Counted from the first letter of the stretch, positions 37,002 through 48,608 are shown. The stretch is 64,000 nucleotides of DNA from a virus (IMGVR_UViG_3300021256_002372:1-64000), one strand, 5' to 3'. Translations and numbers: made by a program. Notes: generated by a model not told the origin, from the letters alone.

Positions 37002-39695
37002 TCACCTGTCTTTCTCACGATTCCTAAAGAGCTCATTTTGCTTTTCGATTCTCTCCATTAGTTCCTTATAGATGAAATGATTCTTGTCAACGATACGAAT
37101 ATATGGTCCATAGCTCATTAATCGAATAAGAACATCGATCTCATCATATTTATGATAGTAGAGCGTAAATCGATACAGTTTTGTTTTAGGGTTTATCAGT
37201 TCACAGCGCTTCCGCCAAGGAGCAAATTCATTCAATAATCTGTCTGGAATATTCTTAGTGTCAATAAATTCAACTGTTATTTGTTTACTTGTATTTTGAA
37301 GAAAATCCGATAGTATTTTCTGATAGTCTTCTGGGCTAAAGGTGCTGTCACAGGGGGTGATGCCCGTTATTCCGTCTATATTCATTATACGAACACGTTT
37401 TGAAGCGTCATCTACAACATATAGCCTGAAACGATCATCGCGCTTTGAGTATTCAATATGAAGAGGACAGTATGTTCCTTTATATTTTCTCCCTTTTCCG
37501 TCCGTATATCTGATTTGCAAACGAACACCCTTATGTAGCGCAGAAATAAGTGCTTGAAAAAATTCAGCATTGGGTTTATGACCTTTAGAATGATACCGAT
37601 CAAATACTACAATATCTGATACATTTATGGGTTTGATACTATCTGGTATCAAAGCAAGAATCTTATTTATAGTATCTGAAGACAGAAACAGATTCATTTT
37701 ATCGTCATTCAGAATAGTACATAACCATCGAAGCTCCCAGGCTGTAAGTGGAATTACATCAAAAAACAAATCTGGTTCCATTTTTTGAACAGCCTTATAT
37801 TTCATGTGATATACATAATCTTTTTTATCTTCAGGCGCGCCCTCGACCCATGTATCGTATTCCATATATCCGCACTTGATAAATAGAAGGCGATTTAATG
37901 CGGATAGTAGATTGTATTTGCTTTTAGAACTTACAAATGAAAGTCTTGTGTGTAAACCTATTTCTTGTTCTCGCTTTTTGTAACATGACTCAATACATTC
38001 TTTAAGTGCATCAGCAGATAAACAATCAGAGTGATTTTTGCCTGATTCATATAGAGATGATAAGACATCACCGAATAGCATAAAATAAACTCCAAAGAAT
38101 GGGTTGAAAAGAGAATCGCTGATGCTTTCTTTGATTCGCGTAAAGGATGTTCCTTTTGGAATAAACCAATTAGAATTAAATGACGTATCAGGCTTTAAAT
38201 CTTTGAAATGACTATCAAGTTCCTGATATTCATTTACTTCATCAGATAAATGGAATGCGTCTGTATCTATTCCGGAACACTCTACAATTCTAGAATAGAA
38301 GCTTCTGATCCATGGCCGCATTTCCCTTGGGTCTGTCACCTTAATTGAGAAAACAATTCTATCTTTTTGGATAGTGATTGTACCATGTCTTTTTTCATGA
38401 TTCAACCTATTTATTATATAGTATTCCGAACCATCTGGATTATATTGAATGACAAGCCTTACCTCTTTGAGAGGTACAGGACTTTGCGCATTATTCTCCT
38501 GTCTGTCAGTTGTTGAGACTCCCCAAGAATAACGAATACCTGTAAGAGCATTTGATATTTCTTCTTTAATTTGTGAATTCTTTAATGAGATATCTTCTCC
38601 GTTCATTTTTATGTTATCGATAAGTTCAAGAGCAGTAATCAGATCAAGCCGAATGTTAGAGTAACTATGGTTATGAGGTGCATAAAAAGAGAGGTATTGC
38701 CGTCCGTTTGTTTGACTCGCTCGTATTTGTAAAGGAAAACATATAAGATGTTGCTCTTCACCTGACATTGGGTTGGACTGTGTGATTTTGCACCACAGCT
38801 TATCCTCCATTGCCTTTAATAGGTCAATTATAATATAGTCATTAAGCGATTGAGCGAAATACTCATGTTTAAATCTGAATATACTTCTATCAGCTTTATG
38901 CGCACGAGATAAGAAATATGTTCCGTATTCGCCAAGCACGAAAAATCTGGAAAAGAAATCTATCGCATCAAAGAACAAATCGGCAGCATCTCCGCATTCA
39001 GAGATGATATACTGAAGTGTAATCTTGCTAAGTTTCCACTTGACATTTCGCTTGTCAGACGAGACCTCTCTTAGTAAATGAAGATTCTCTCTTGGAGTTA
39101 GATACTTTCTAACTATCTGATCTTCTTCAAGAAAGCCCTTAGATACAGGCGCACAGAATGCTGCAATTTGTTTATATGTCAGTTCTCGGCGTTCGTAGTT
39201 TTCAAGAAAGCTGTCAAGTAAAGAAGTGATGCTATGCGATATCCCATCTGAAATCTTGCGTTCTTCTGAGATTATTTCTTCAAATCGATCTTTATCAATA
39301 ATTTTCAAAGCTGGCAATGAATCTTCACCTACAGAGAAGAAGTTCTCTGCAAGTTCATATTTCTCACTAAGCGCTAATACAGTATTAAAAAAAATAACCA
39401 GATCAGCTTTAGTATACATTGAAAAGCGATAAACTCTGTGAAACGGATTGCACTGCTGTGACTGCGAATCAGCTGAAATAAATGCAACCTTACTTCTTTC
39501 GGTTGACCATTGAAAATACTGATCTTGACGAAGAATATTTGATAATCTCACCCAGTCTTCATCAAGTGTCTTACGGGTTCCTGAAAGCGTAGAATAATTC
39601 ATAAACCCATATGTATAGTAGTTGCGGAGTGGATTTCTGAATTTTTCGATAAATTTGCTTTTGATCATCTCTTCATGTGTTTGATTTGTCGGCAT
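37002..39695 (-). CDS. Double-WYL-domain transcriptional regulator (fused, PafBC-like architecture)
   Basis: WYL1: FPLQIR....GRQYL..Y..IRLDLI, WCX: DPREMRPWIRSF; WYL2: PLHIEYSKRDDRFRL, WCX: LIRLMSYGPYI; start ATG 39695. Confidence 0.85.
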   Translation of the reverse strand: MPTNQTHEEMIKSKFIEKFRNPLRNYYTYGFMNYSTLSGTRKTLDEDWVRLSNILRQDQYFQWSTERSKVAFISADSQSQQCNPFHRVYRFSMYTKADLVIFFNTVLALSEKYELAENFFSVGEDSLPALKIIDKDRFEEIISEERKISDGISHSITSLLDSFLENYERRELTYKQIAAFCAPVSKGFLEEDQIVRKYLTPRENLHLLREVSSDKRNVKWKLSKITLQYIISECGDAADLFFDAIDFFSRFFVLGEYGTYFLSRAHKADRSIFRFKHEYFAQSLNDYIIIDLLKAMEDKLWCKITQSNPMSGEEQHLICFPLQIRASQTNGRQYLSFYAPHNHSYSNIRLDLITALELIDNIKMNGEDISLKNSQIKEEISNALTGIRYSWGVSTTDRQENNAQSPVPLKEVRLVIQYNPDGSEYYIINRLNHEKRHGTITIQKDRIVFSIKVTDPREMRPWIRSFYSRIVECSGIDTDAFHLSDEVNEYQELDSHFKDLKPDTSFNSNWFIPKGTSFTRIKESISDSLFNPFFGVYFMLFGDVLSSLYESGKNHSDCLSADALKECIESCYKKREQEIGLHTRLSFVSSKSKYNLLSALNRLLFIKCGYMEYDTWVEGAPEDKKDYVYHMKYKAVQKMEPDLFFDVIPLTAWELRWLCTILNDDKMNLFLSSDTINKILALIPDSIKPINVSDIVVFDRYHSKGHKPNAEFFQALISALHKGVRLQIRYTDGKGRKYKGTYCPLHIEYSKRDDRFRLYVVDDASKRVRIMNIDGITGITPCDSTFSPEDYQKILSDFLQNTSKQITVEFIDTKNIPDRLLNEFAPWRKRCELINPKTKLYRFTLYYHKYDEIDVLIRLMSYGPYIRIVDKNHFIYKELMERIEKQNELFRNREKDR

Positions 39696-39765
39696 AGGAA
39701 TCACCCCTAAAAAGGCGGTGGAAAACTTGTCCCTTTTATTAAGCCAAGCATTCCACCTCAATTTG

Positions 39766-42700
39766 TTACTCTATTGGTTCTTTTACAAGTTTAATCAGCC
39801 TCGTGAAACCTTCATCATCGAACAATTCCTTTGTAAGTTGCTGTAACTCTGAAAGTGTAATCAGTTGCCCCTTATTTCCATGAGCCGATGGATTTCTGAT
39901 GTCTCTAATATTAGCGATAAAGGCAGCATGCAAACGCCAATCACGAGCACTGCCAAAAGAACCGTTTGCCAAATCAGCGATATTACTCGTTGTATTGCTC
40001 GCATTATTGCCGTGGGAAACATTGATCGGAAATGCAAACGATCCTATTGTTAACTTCTGTTTTTGGGATTGCGGAAGTCTTCGGATTGCCCCCCATGTGT
40101 ATTTTTCGCGAGCATCCTTTCTTAAATCTGTTTTTACATCTACTAATACTTGACTATAAATATCTGTGTGGTATTCTTTCAGCATGCTCTCAATCAGCTT
40201 ACAGTACATGATAGAAACCGGGCTATAATCAAGAGTAGACAGATCGCCGCCAATGCTTCCGTTAATAAACATTTTTTCAAGTTGTGCTGCTAATCGAAGA
40301 GAATCAATAAAGCACGATGGAATATTATATCTCTGATGGAAAACATTAAATTCTTCTTCCGAGATCTTTAGAATATCCCAAACTGCGGGTAATTCTGTTT
40401 CGGTCTTATCAACAGCAGTCTGAAGACTTTCTTCCATATCAGCAGCGTATCCATCAATAGCATAGGATAATCTCGCATCCGAAATATCAGTTTCTTCAGA
40501 GTTATGCGGCGGTAGATAGGCATTGAGTCTTGGCAAATCACGCAATCCGGTAAGTACCTTTTGAGGATCACCGTTTGCTGTTAAAATACCGTTCAGCGTG
40601 TTTGTGATGTTTTTTACACTAATTTGTATTGTTTGATTTTCTATGATAGTACCTGTGTTAATGACGTCAACAGCAACACGTTTTCTGAATTCGGTCATCT
40701 TTTCGGAAGGTATGCTTGTGTCAAGATATGCCATAGATAACAAATTATATTTCGCATCAGGAGACAGACGATCAAACTCTTCCTTAGCTGTTGATAATGT
40801 TGACGCTTTATCCTCTTCAAGTTCAAATTGTGGATCCTCTGGAGGTGCAGCAAGTCTATTCTCAATCTGCTCACAGCTCATTTGATTGATACCAAGAAAA
40901 GCATAGTAATAAAACACCGTTGTGAAAGTGTATGCGCAGACAATACCGCTCTCATCTCGCTGCTCACGCAAAATCCCACGCTTCACTGCAATTTCGATAG
41001 AATCACCGATCGTATTTGCATACAAGTCTTTCAGACGCATAGAATTGAAAACAGATTTCGGAAAACTTTCGTTGCTTGGATTCTCCCTCAGCCATTGCGC
41101 AATATACATCAGGAACAGCATGTCCGTTTCTTTATCAAGATTTTTGACAACTGCATCGTAAATGTGGATGATTCCTTCTACAACACTCCCATTTGTAGTT
41201 TGCTCATGCTTCTGCCGATTCAGCAATGTTTGAACCGCCCATGTAATATCTGAAGGGAAAATAGTATTTCTATTCGTGAAGGAAGAAGCATCCCTGCATA
41301 CTTTTCTCAGAATTGTATTGCAAATCTCCTTTCCGTATAAGGCAATTCCGCCTGTATAAGTATACAGCGCATCAATCGCAGAATCCGAATAACAAATCAA
41401 GTCTTTCGGAAATTCTTCTGCCTCGCAGATCATTTTCCTGAATCCATCTCTCGGCAGCGGACCAACCAAGATGCCGGTATCTGGAATAATCTTTCTCCAA
41501 ACCGATTTCTCTGTTGAGGTCATCTGTTTCAAAAGCTCGTCAGATCCGCACAGCACAAGACGAACAGCATGCGGATATTCCGGATCCGAAATCTTCAAAT
41601 CCGAGCAAACTAAAGCAAAGGCAGATGTTGCGGACTCTATATTTTTCCATTGACGGACTACCTCTTGAAATTCATCCATCAGCAGCCACAGTTCTGTTTC
41701 ATTTTTGCGGAGAAGTTCCTCAAGGTTTGAATATCGATCCACCAAATTCGATTTCTTGTCGCTTAGTACAGACGTTATTTGTTTTTTCAGTTCTTGTGTT
41801 AATTCTTCGCCGACAACGGCAAATCTTTTTGGCTTATCAATGCTGTGGATAATAGAGTCGCAGAGCAAATAATCAGATACCTCTGAGGCGTTTGAATAGT
41901 CTAAAGGTGTATCGTCGTAGAATTTTATCGTATAATCGCGTTCTTTGAAGGTTCTTTCACCCGCTAGAAGAATCGTTATAATACGTTTTGCAGACGAGTT
42001 TGGGGCAGTTACATTTTGTTTACTCAAAAAACGTCTTACCCAATTCAGCAGAGATGTTTTTCCGATTCTTGACGGTCCATACAGAACTGTCAGCCCTTCC
42101 TTTAATGACTGACGTAGCTTTTCCTTATCATTTTCCCGTCCGAACAGCATTTCTTCATCTGTAACCGCACTGTCCACATGATACCATTGCTTTTTCTCCG
42201 AAATCCCAACGCTTTCCTGGTCGTGATGAATTTGCAATGTCTTTCTGAATCGGGAGTATAGTACTTGATTCAGCCAAGCAGATACTGTGACATCAACAGT
42301 TGAAAGATTTTCCAGTTGAATTGGCAGTTTGACGCAGAAGCCGCTAACATAACCGTGACGAAGTTCTGTAATTGTATTATCCATTCCGATTATGATTTCG
42401 TTCGGATTATCATTGAAACTCAAAGTGATTTTAACATGATTATCGCCCAGATTGTCAAGATTCACGGTACTGTGTCCGACATTTAGGATTTGTGCATAGA
42501 TGCATCCATCCGAACAAGAATCATTCACAATTTCAATATGAAGTCTAACATCTTTTTCAAGCTGTTTTATTTCGTGCTCAACTGCTTTTTGCAGATATCC
42601 GGCGAATCTAGAATAGAAGACTGTAGCGATATTTAAGGACTTCAGTATGATAAGGCGCTGTTCAAGAGAAGTGTCCTTATGCAAGACCTTCTGTAGCACC

Positions 42701-45700
42701 GGTATAATCTGCGCCTTCACAATTTCAAGTTCTTTGGAAGTCTCGTCATCCTTGCTGATACAAGCACTGATCAGGTCATAATATCTGCACCAACAATTTA
42801 TGTCAAGACCTTCTTGAATCAGCTTGTCCATAGTTTTCTTGCTAATTGAGTAAAAATTGCGTTGAGTGGAGATACTCAGCACATTGATGGTGCTGTCAAG
42901 ATCGGCTAGAATGATGATACGAGCTTCTGGAGTAAGCTTATTTTCATTTTGCAGCATTTCTATACCCACGATATAAGCCACTTCTAGATAGGAAGGCATG
43001 TCGCGCTTAGTATTTGTTTTAGACATCACCATGAGTAACTGGATGCCTAATTCAGTTTTCTTCTCCCCTTCGGCAACTCGATATGCCGCATAAAGCTCCT
43101 CCATATCGGTAACCTTTGGCTGAGGGATGTTCAACATCCTAGAAACCGCATTAATAAACTTATATTTGCTGCTTTTAGCCGTTCTGTAACTTGAATCACC
43201 ATCAAGACTCGGAGGAGCAAACATTTCTGACATATCTGACAGCATATACTGCTTCAATGCTAAATATGACTTGTGCCATGTCTCCGGCAAGTTCTTGTCA
43301 AAGTCAAGATCGTCAAAGTACATTGCCAAGGATTCAGCATCTTTACTGATTGCAGCCTGAACACAATGTAAAAAACGGTAAACAGTTTGTGCTTGTGGAT
43401 GCTCGGTCGAGATATAATTTAGCACGTACAGATAACGATCACTTGTGTCACCTTTTGCAGAAAGCGAGTACATCTTTTCGTATAGGCGCAACGGGAGTTG
43501 CACAGATGCAAGTAGCGGAATGAGCATCTCACGGCATTGGTCAAAATCCTTAGTTGGAACTTTCAGTATCTTTGTTACGCATGTGCTGGCCTTTTCAGAT
43601 TGCACCACTTCTACTAACAGCTCATACGATTTTGTATCTGAGTGCATTTGTAAATATGCAAGAACATCATGAACCGGTTTAGAAACCCCTTCGGACAGTT
43701 TTAACAAATAGTCGATTTTATCAGGATGAAGAATATAATATTTCAAGGTGCTGACATTGAATTCACGATAAGCAACTTCAGAAACAACCAGTTTCATTGC
43801 GTTCGGATTAAAGCATTCAACATCAGAGAGGAGGTGCATGGTACATTCGTCAAAGAATTCACAGAAGTCTCCGTTTAGCAATGAAAACAGCATCAATTTG
43901 TGCATTGTATTCATTTCGGTTGTGCATTGTAAATCTTCGGATTTACAAACGAGTAACATGATTGCTTGCTTAAAAGGAATATATTTTGTTTGATAGCTCA
44001 ATTCCTTATGACCAAAATATTCCATACTGGAAATAATTGATCCGTCATCTATCTCATCGACATGATTTGAACCAAGAAGGCAAAGTGCCAGCAACGCCTT
44101 TTGATATCTTCTCTCGATATAAAAAAGATCAAAGTCGCTGTTATGATAAACCTGATACAGATAGGTTTTATATGAGAAATATGCAAAAATATCAAACGCA
44201 TCCCAAGCCGTTAGTTCTGCATAGCTACAGCTAAAATAGTTAGAATACAGATCTTGATCATAGAGTACAGAGGCGATGATAGAATACACGATCATTTTGT
44301 AAGGTGCGGAATATGTTTCCCTATCGAATAAAAACAGGTTTTTCTTGCTTGGATAACAGGACAGAATGGTTGCAATATCACGCTTGATACGAATAATGTC
44401 ATGTTCGGACTGATTCATCCAGTTCGGGATATAGCCTTGCGTTATTTCATCAGAATACCCATATAGGAAGCGCACAACAGAAACGAGGTTGCTTTCAACA
44501 TACCCGAGCGCATTCCAATGCTCATTTCGAAGGATATTTCGATATTCAAAGGCATTTTCAACCTTATCATACACCTTGCACAAGTGACGTAAGATAGCGA
44601 TTCTTCCTTCATCGTAAACAAGCAATCTTGACATATCGATGAGGCTGAACAAATCTTCTTGACCATCTATGCACTCAATAAGATCAAAGTATATCTCCTC
44701 ATGTGATTCATTAAACTTATTTGCACAGATATTTATAAAATCTTGAACAGAATAATTAAGTTCACGCGTTATAGGACTGATAGTTATTCTCGTTTTGAAA
44801 TCATCACTTTGTATCATTGCGTCATGTATTTTGTGAAAAATGATTTCTGAATCTGCATTCGCAAGAAAAGGACATATCATATTTAGATAATTAAAAGGGA
44901 TTTCATCAATCGTGAGTGCAATTTGACTCTCCGCCATTTGTATGACAATTCCTGTAAATTCTGGCGTAGCCTTCATTTCTAAATAAGAAATGGCATTTGC
45001 GCAAGCGCAAATTTTCCATGCATTCAAGTTAGGCTTCTTAGTGATGTGTTCAAAGAACTTTCTCCATCTTTGTGGATCTTTTGCGTTCTTAATCAGATAT
45101 TCGTAATTCGAAGCAAATGAATGCGTCTGCTTTTTCGACAGTCCTATTTTCTCTGGTAGTTTAAGATTTCCACACCAATCAAGGAAATCGATTAGCTGTT
45201 CAGTCGACAGATAGATAAAGGACTTTTCAATGACCGAAAAACGAGTCATAGTATCGTTCACTACTTTTGTAAACCGATTTCCGAGCCATCTGCGGAATTG
45301 TGTATATATGTGGCTGTGTCCTCTTTCCAATGTATCCTTATAGCATGCATACAGGTAAATAGCGTAAAACGGATTGTTCAAAACACAGTATAGAACAATC
45401 ATTGTATTAATGACATATGTTGAATTAGCTGTATAGTGTTTAGATGTAAATGCAAGAGCTTTCTCCAAAGACCATGCGCTGTTAAAAATGTTTCGCGTTT
45501 GCTCAGAAATGCCACAGTGTTCGCATATATCGATTGTTACATGTAGAATATGATCTTGAAGATTATTATCGATTACAAATGAAAGAGCTTCTTCGTAATA
45601 GTGAAGGAAAATTAAAGAATCAATATACTTTACAATGAGTTGTCGATTTGTCTGCTCCGGACTGCCATTAAACACGTGTTTGAATAATCGGCAAAAGGCT

Positions 45701-48594
45701 TCGTAGGCGTGAATAGCATATAAGTCATCTAGAACATCCTCCACATGATCCGGTGCGCTATCAATGATATCACAACCCATTACCCAATCTGCATACGCAT
45801 CTTGCAGTTTCATTTCATGCGTATAATCAAACTTGAACACATCAAACAGACTAATCAGCACAGGCGATGTAACTTCTGTCACAGGGAAAACATCTGACGT
45901 CTGCTGTGCATAATAGCTATCTGAAATATTCCTCCAATGTCCCCAGTTTTCTTTCATATCCACAGTTAATACTGCTTCTGATATATCATCAAAAGATTTT
46001 TTTGCGTACACTGCCAATCCGTAAAATGCATCATTAGTGCTGAGAAGATTAATAATCACAGAAAAAGAACCAAGTAATGATAAGCGCTTTTCTTGCTTAG
46101 TAAGATCTCCTTGTGTTACTCGCAAGCGCAGAATCTCATCGACACTTGCTTCGCAATCATATTTCAGTGTAAATGCCAAGATCTTTAGAAAAGCAGGTGA
46201 AAGGACATCAACAAATCCAATCTTCTCCCAAATTTGCGCTACAATTTTCTGATACAGTTCTTTGTTGATATTCGTGTCAAAGATTGTGCGGTATTCCTCT
46301 TCTGTCAGCGTGTCATAGTGATTATACACCTTAAATAAAAAATGAAACATTGGCTCAGCAAAAAGGTGACTAATCGGAGAGATCTCGTTGAGCGCATTGA
46401 GGTCAACAAAAGTCGAAAACAACTGGGTTAAAAAGATTCTGGAAGGACAATCAAATTGATTCTGTTCTTCGCAAATAGAAATAATAGAAGGCAGATACAA
46501 CCAATTTTCAGGCGAACCAGGTATCAGAGATGCTCCTGACTGCGGACGGTTCACACGCTTTATCATTCTGCACAACTCGTTCAGCTGCTCATATTTTCTA
46601 CTTGGGTGGGCTATGATATAAATAAACAACAGATAGGGATATAATTCATTCCAACATGACTCTGCACGCTCAATCAATCCTATGTAATCAGTATTATGCG
46701 TTTTGGCGGCTAAATATCCAATGGAATTGAATAATTCTTTTGCTGCATTAATTTTATCTTTTTTCAATCGGAACGTGCGGGGTGGGATACTTGTGGAGAG
46801 GCATTCTTCCAGTGCAGTATTATCTATTACGATTCCATTCTTGTATTTTTTTACAATGTCAGTGCCCAAAGGTGCTTCAAGCAACGTTTTTTGGAACGAA
46901 TTTAGTGTAAACACAGCTTCTTCATCTTTGGTAAGTAAACGTTTAGCACACGTTAATGCTTTGGTAAAGAAGAAGGGTGGGATGTCAATAGGGCGATATT
47001 TCGTAAAATGTTCAGATGATAAGAATCCGTAATAATCGCCTGACTCGTAAAGCGGAGTTAATACCGAGGCATCGTCAGACGAGAAAAAAGAGATTTCCTG
47101 TCCGCTCGCTATAATAATGGCTGGATAGTCTTTTCCCCCAATATATGCATGCGTTTTCGACACGAAATCGGTTAAATACTTTTCTACGAATTGTGTCAAA
47201 GAGTCTGCATACAGTTTATAATTATCCAAACCAAATCGTTTGAAAATTGTTGGTAACTCGGAGGATAACATATACCCATTATCCCTGATGATGGTGCTGA
47301 TTGTCTCAGATACACTCAATACTATATCAGAAGGCAACATTAATTCACCACTATAATTATCAAAGCTCTCAAAATCAACACGCCCTTTTTGTAAAAGAAC
47401 CCGCTTGTAATACCGTTGACCGATAACCACATCATCTTGTATCTCTAATCCATTCAATTCTTTTTCAACGAATTCAGAGAAACTTGAGGGGAGAATGGAG
47501 GCATCTATATTGTACTTCTCAAGCAATCCTGTCACAAGTGAAAAGTCAGCAAACCCTCGCTCACCTATGATTTGGAGAAGTTCAGATTTCATATCTTCAA
47601 TAGCTGCTGCTTTAAGTCTACTATCAACGGATGTAATAATACAGGGCTGAGTTTTCCCATCTATGTAAACATTTGTTTCAACTTTGAACTCAGTGTTGAA
47701 ATATAAAGATATAAAAGCTGTAATAGATTCAGCAAATCGATGATAGTCTAGGATGCCAGCTTTTTTCAACAACGCTGGAAAATATGCCCCCTTGACATAA
47801 CCATATTCCTCTATGTACTGTTTGATAATACTCACAGTATTTTTAAGAGCTTCTTCATCCAAATTGTTGTTAGGCAAAATTATACAAGGCTGATTTTTTC
47901 CGTCAATAATAACATTATTTTCAACTCTAAATTCGTTGCTAAAAAAGGATGAAATAAATGAGACGATAGAAACCGCATACTGATGAAAATCGTTGATCCC
48001 TGCTTGTTTGAGCAGTTCTGGCAGATATGCTCCTTTGATATAGCCATGTTCCCTGATGTATTGTGTTAAAACACTGACAACCTTCTTCATTGTGTCATTA
48101 TCCAGATCTTGTGATGACATAGGGGATTTTCCAAATGAAAGATTTGCACTTGCTTGCGCAGAAACAATCGCGCAGGGACAAATTTTGCCATTCACCCTTA
48201 CATCAGATCTTGATGTGTATTTGGGGGCCAAGTATTTTGAAATAAATCCAGTCATATTTTGGGCGTAGGTTTTAACATCTTGTACTCCATTACCTTTTAA
48301 TAACTGCGAAAATTCTATTGCTGTTAAAAAGCCTTTTTGCTCAACAATTGCATCAACTTCAGCAATAATATCTTGGACGATATCGTTCGATAATTCAGGA
48401 TACTCTATTTCGGCTTGACGAATTAATTGCGCGTACTCTTTTCCCTCTAACTCAATGATATCAAATTCGATAATGAAACCAGGGCGTACATAAACTGAAG
48501 GACTAGAAAAAGAATATTCCCTGCCATCCTGAGAAGATATGATCCCCTGTACTATCCCATCAATCTTAGACACCGTTATTACTCTTCCGATCAT
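39766..48594 (-). CDS. Giant (~2,942 aa) protein: cold-shock-like OB domain, 5 LOTUS/OST-HTH-like repeats, helical region, STAND-type ATPase, C-terminal HEPN
   Basis: Five ~78-aa repeats (G Y/F..ll...g..d...y...fi...f..V.I.GK..P.II); FGRE..LYGPSRIGKTS; LLMDEFQ; RNPSAH at 39880-39897. Confidence 0.75.
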   Translation of the reverse strand: MIGRVITVSKIDGIVQGIISSQDGREYSFSSPSVYVRPGFIIEFDIIELEGKEYAQLIRQAEIEYPELSNDIVQDIIAEVDAIVEQKGFLTAIEFSQLLKGNGVQDVKTYAQNMTGFISKYLAPKYTSRSDVRVNGKICPCAIVSAQASANLSFGKSPMSSQDLDNDTMKKVVSVLTQYIREHGYIKGAYLPELLKQAGINDFHQYAVSIVSFISSFFSNEFRVENNVIIDGKNQPCIILPNNNLDEEALKNTVSIIKQYIEEYGYVKGAYFPALLKKAGILDYHRFAESITAFISLYFNTEFKVETNVYIDGKTQPCIITSVDSRLKAAAIEDMKSELLQIIGERGFADFSLVTGLLEKYNIDASILPSSFSEFVEKELNGLEIQDDVVIGQRYYKRVLLQKGRVDFESFDNYSGELMLPSDIVLSVSETISTIIRDNGYMLSSELPTIFKRFGLDNYKLYADSLTQFVEKYLTDFVSKTHAYIGGKDYPAIIIASGQEISFFSSDDASVLTPLYESGDYYGFLSSEHFTKYRPIDIPPFFFTKALTCAKRLLTKDEEAVFTLNSFQKTLLEAPLGTDIVKKYKNGIVIDNTALEECLSTSIPPRTFRLKKDKINAAKELFNSIGYLAAKTHNTDYIGLIERAESCWNELYPYLLFIYIIAHPSRKYEQLNELCRMIKRVNRPQSGASLIPGSPENWLYLPSIISICEEQNQFDCPSRIFLTQLFSTFVDLNALNEISPISHLFAEPMFHFLFKVYNHYDTLTEEEYRTIFDTNINKELYQKIVAQIWEKIGFVDVLSPAFLKILAFTLKYDCEASVDEILRLRVTQGDLTKQEKRLSLLGSFSVIINLLSTNDAFYGLAVYAKKSFDDISEAVLTVDMKENWGHWRNISDSYYAQQTSDVFPVTEVTSPVLISLFDVFKFDYTHEMKLQDAYADWVMGCDIIDSAPDHVEDVLDDLYAIHAYEAFCRLFKHVFNGSPEQTNRQLIVKYIDSLIFLHYYEEALSFVIDNNLQDHILHVTIDICEHCGISEQTRNIFNSAWSLEKALAFTSKHYTANSTYVINTMIVLYCVLNNPFYAIYLYACYKDTLERGHSHIYTQFRRWLGNRFTKVVNDTMTRFSVIEKSFIYLSTEQLIDFLDWCGNLKLPEKIGLSKKQTHSFASNYEYLIKNAKDPQRWRKFFEHITKKPNLNAWKICACANAISYLEMKATPEFTGIVIQMAESQIALTIDEIPFNYLNMICPFLANADSEIIFHKIHDAMIQSDDFKTRITISPITRELNYSVQDFINICANKFNESHEEIYFDLIECIDGQEDLFSLIDMSRLLVYDEGRIAILRHLCKVYDKVENAFEYRNILRNEHWNALGYVESNLVSVVRFLYGYSDEITQGYIPNWMNQSEHDIIRIKRDIATILSCYPSKKNLFLFDRETYSAPYKMIVYSIIASVLYDQDLYSNYFSCSYAELTAWDAFDIFAYFSYKTYLYQVYHNSDFDLFYIERRYQKALLALCLLGSNHVDEIDDGSIISSMEYFGHKELSYQTKYIPFKQAIMLLVCKSEDLQCTTEMNTMHKLMLFSLLNGDFCEFFDECTMHLLSDVECFNPNAMKLVVSEVAYREFNVSTLKYYILHPDKIDYLLKLSEGVSKPVHDVLAYLQMHSDTKSYELLVEVVQSEKASTCVTKILKVPTKDFDQCREMLIPLLASVQLPLRLYEKMYSLSAKGDTSDRYLYVLNYISTEHPQAQTVYRFLHCVQAAISKDAESLAMYFDDLDFDKNLPETWHKSYLALKQYMLSDMSEMFAPPSLDGDSSYRTAKSSKYKFINAVSRMLNIPQPKVTDMEELYAAYRVAEGEKKTELGIQLLMVMSKTNTKRDMPSYLEVAYIVGIEMLQNENKLTPEARIIILADLDSTINVLSISTQRNFYSISKKTMDKLIQEGLDINCWCRYYDLISACISKDDETSKELEIVKAQIIPVLQKVLHKDTSLEQRLIILKSLNIATVFYSRFAGYLQKAVEHEIKQLEKDVRLHIEIVNDSCSDGCIYAQILNVGHSTVNLDNLGDNHVKITLSFNDNPNEIIIGMDNTITELRHGYVSGFCVKLPIQLENLSTVDVTVSAWLNQVLYSRFRKTLQIHHDQESVGISEKKQWYHVDSAVTDEEMLFGRENDKEKLRQSLKEGLTVLYGPSRIGKTSLLNWVRRFLSKQNVTAPNSSAKRIITILLAGERTFKERDYTIKFYDDTPLDYSNASEVSDYLLCDSIIHSIDKPKRFAVVGEELTQELKKQITSVLSDKKSNLVDRYSNLEELLRKNETELWLLMDEFQEVVRQWKNIESATSAFALVCSDLKISDPEYPHAVRLVLCGSDELLKQMTSTEKSVWRKIIPDTGILVGPLPRDGFRKMICEAEEFPKDLICYSDSAIDALYTYTGGIALYGKEICNTILRKVCRDASSFTNRNTIFPSDITWAVQTLLNRQKHEQTTNGSVVEGIIHIYDAVVKNLDKETDMLFLMYIAQWLRENPSNESFPKSVFNSMRLKDLYANTIGDSIEIAVKRGILREQRDESGIVCAYTFTTVFYYYAFLGINQMSCEQIENRLAAPPEDPQFELEEDKASTLSTAKEEFDRLSPDAKYNLLSMAYLDTSIPSEKMTEFRKRVAVDVINTGTIIENQTIQISVKNITNTLNGILTANGDPQKVLTGLRDLPRLNAYLPPHNSEETDISDARLSYAIDGYAADMEESLQTAVDKTETELPAVWDILKISEEEFNVFHQRYNIPSCFIDSLRLAAQLEKMFINGSIGGDLSTLDYSPVSIMYCKLIESMLKEYHTDIYSQVLVDVKTDLRKDAREKYTWGAIRRLPQSQKQKLTIGSFAFPINVSHGNNASNTTSNIADLANGSFGSARDWRLHAAFIANIRDIRNPSAHGNKGQLITLSELQQLTKELFDDEGFTRLIKLVKEPIE

Positions 48595-48608
48595 TTTATA
48601 TCCCCCTA

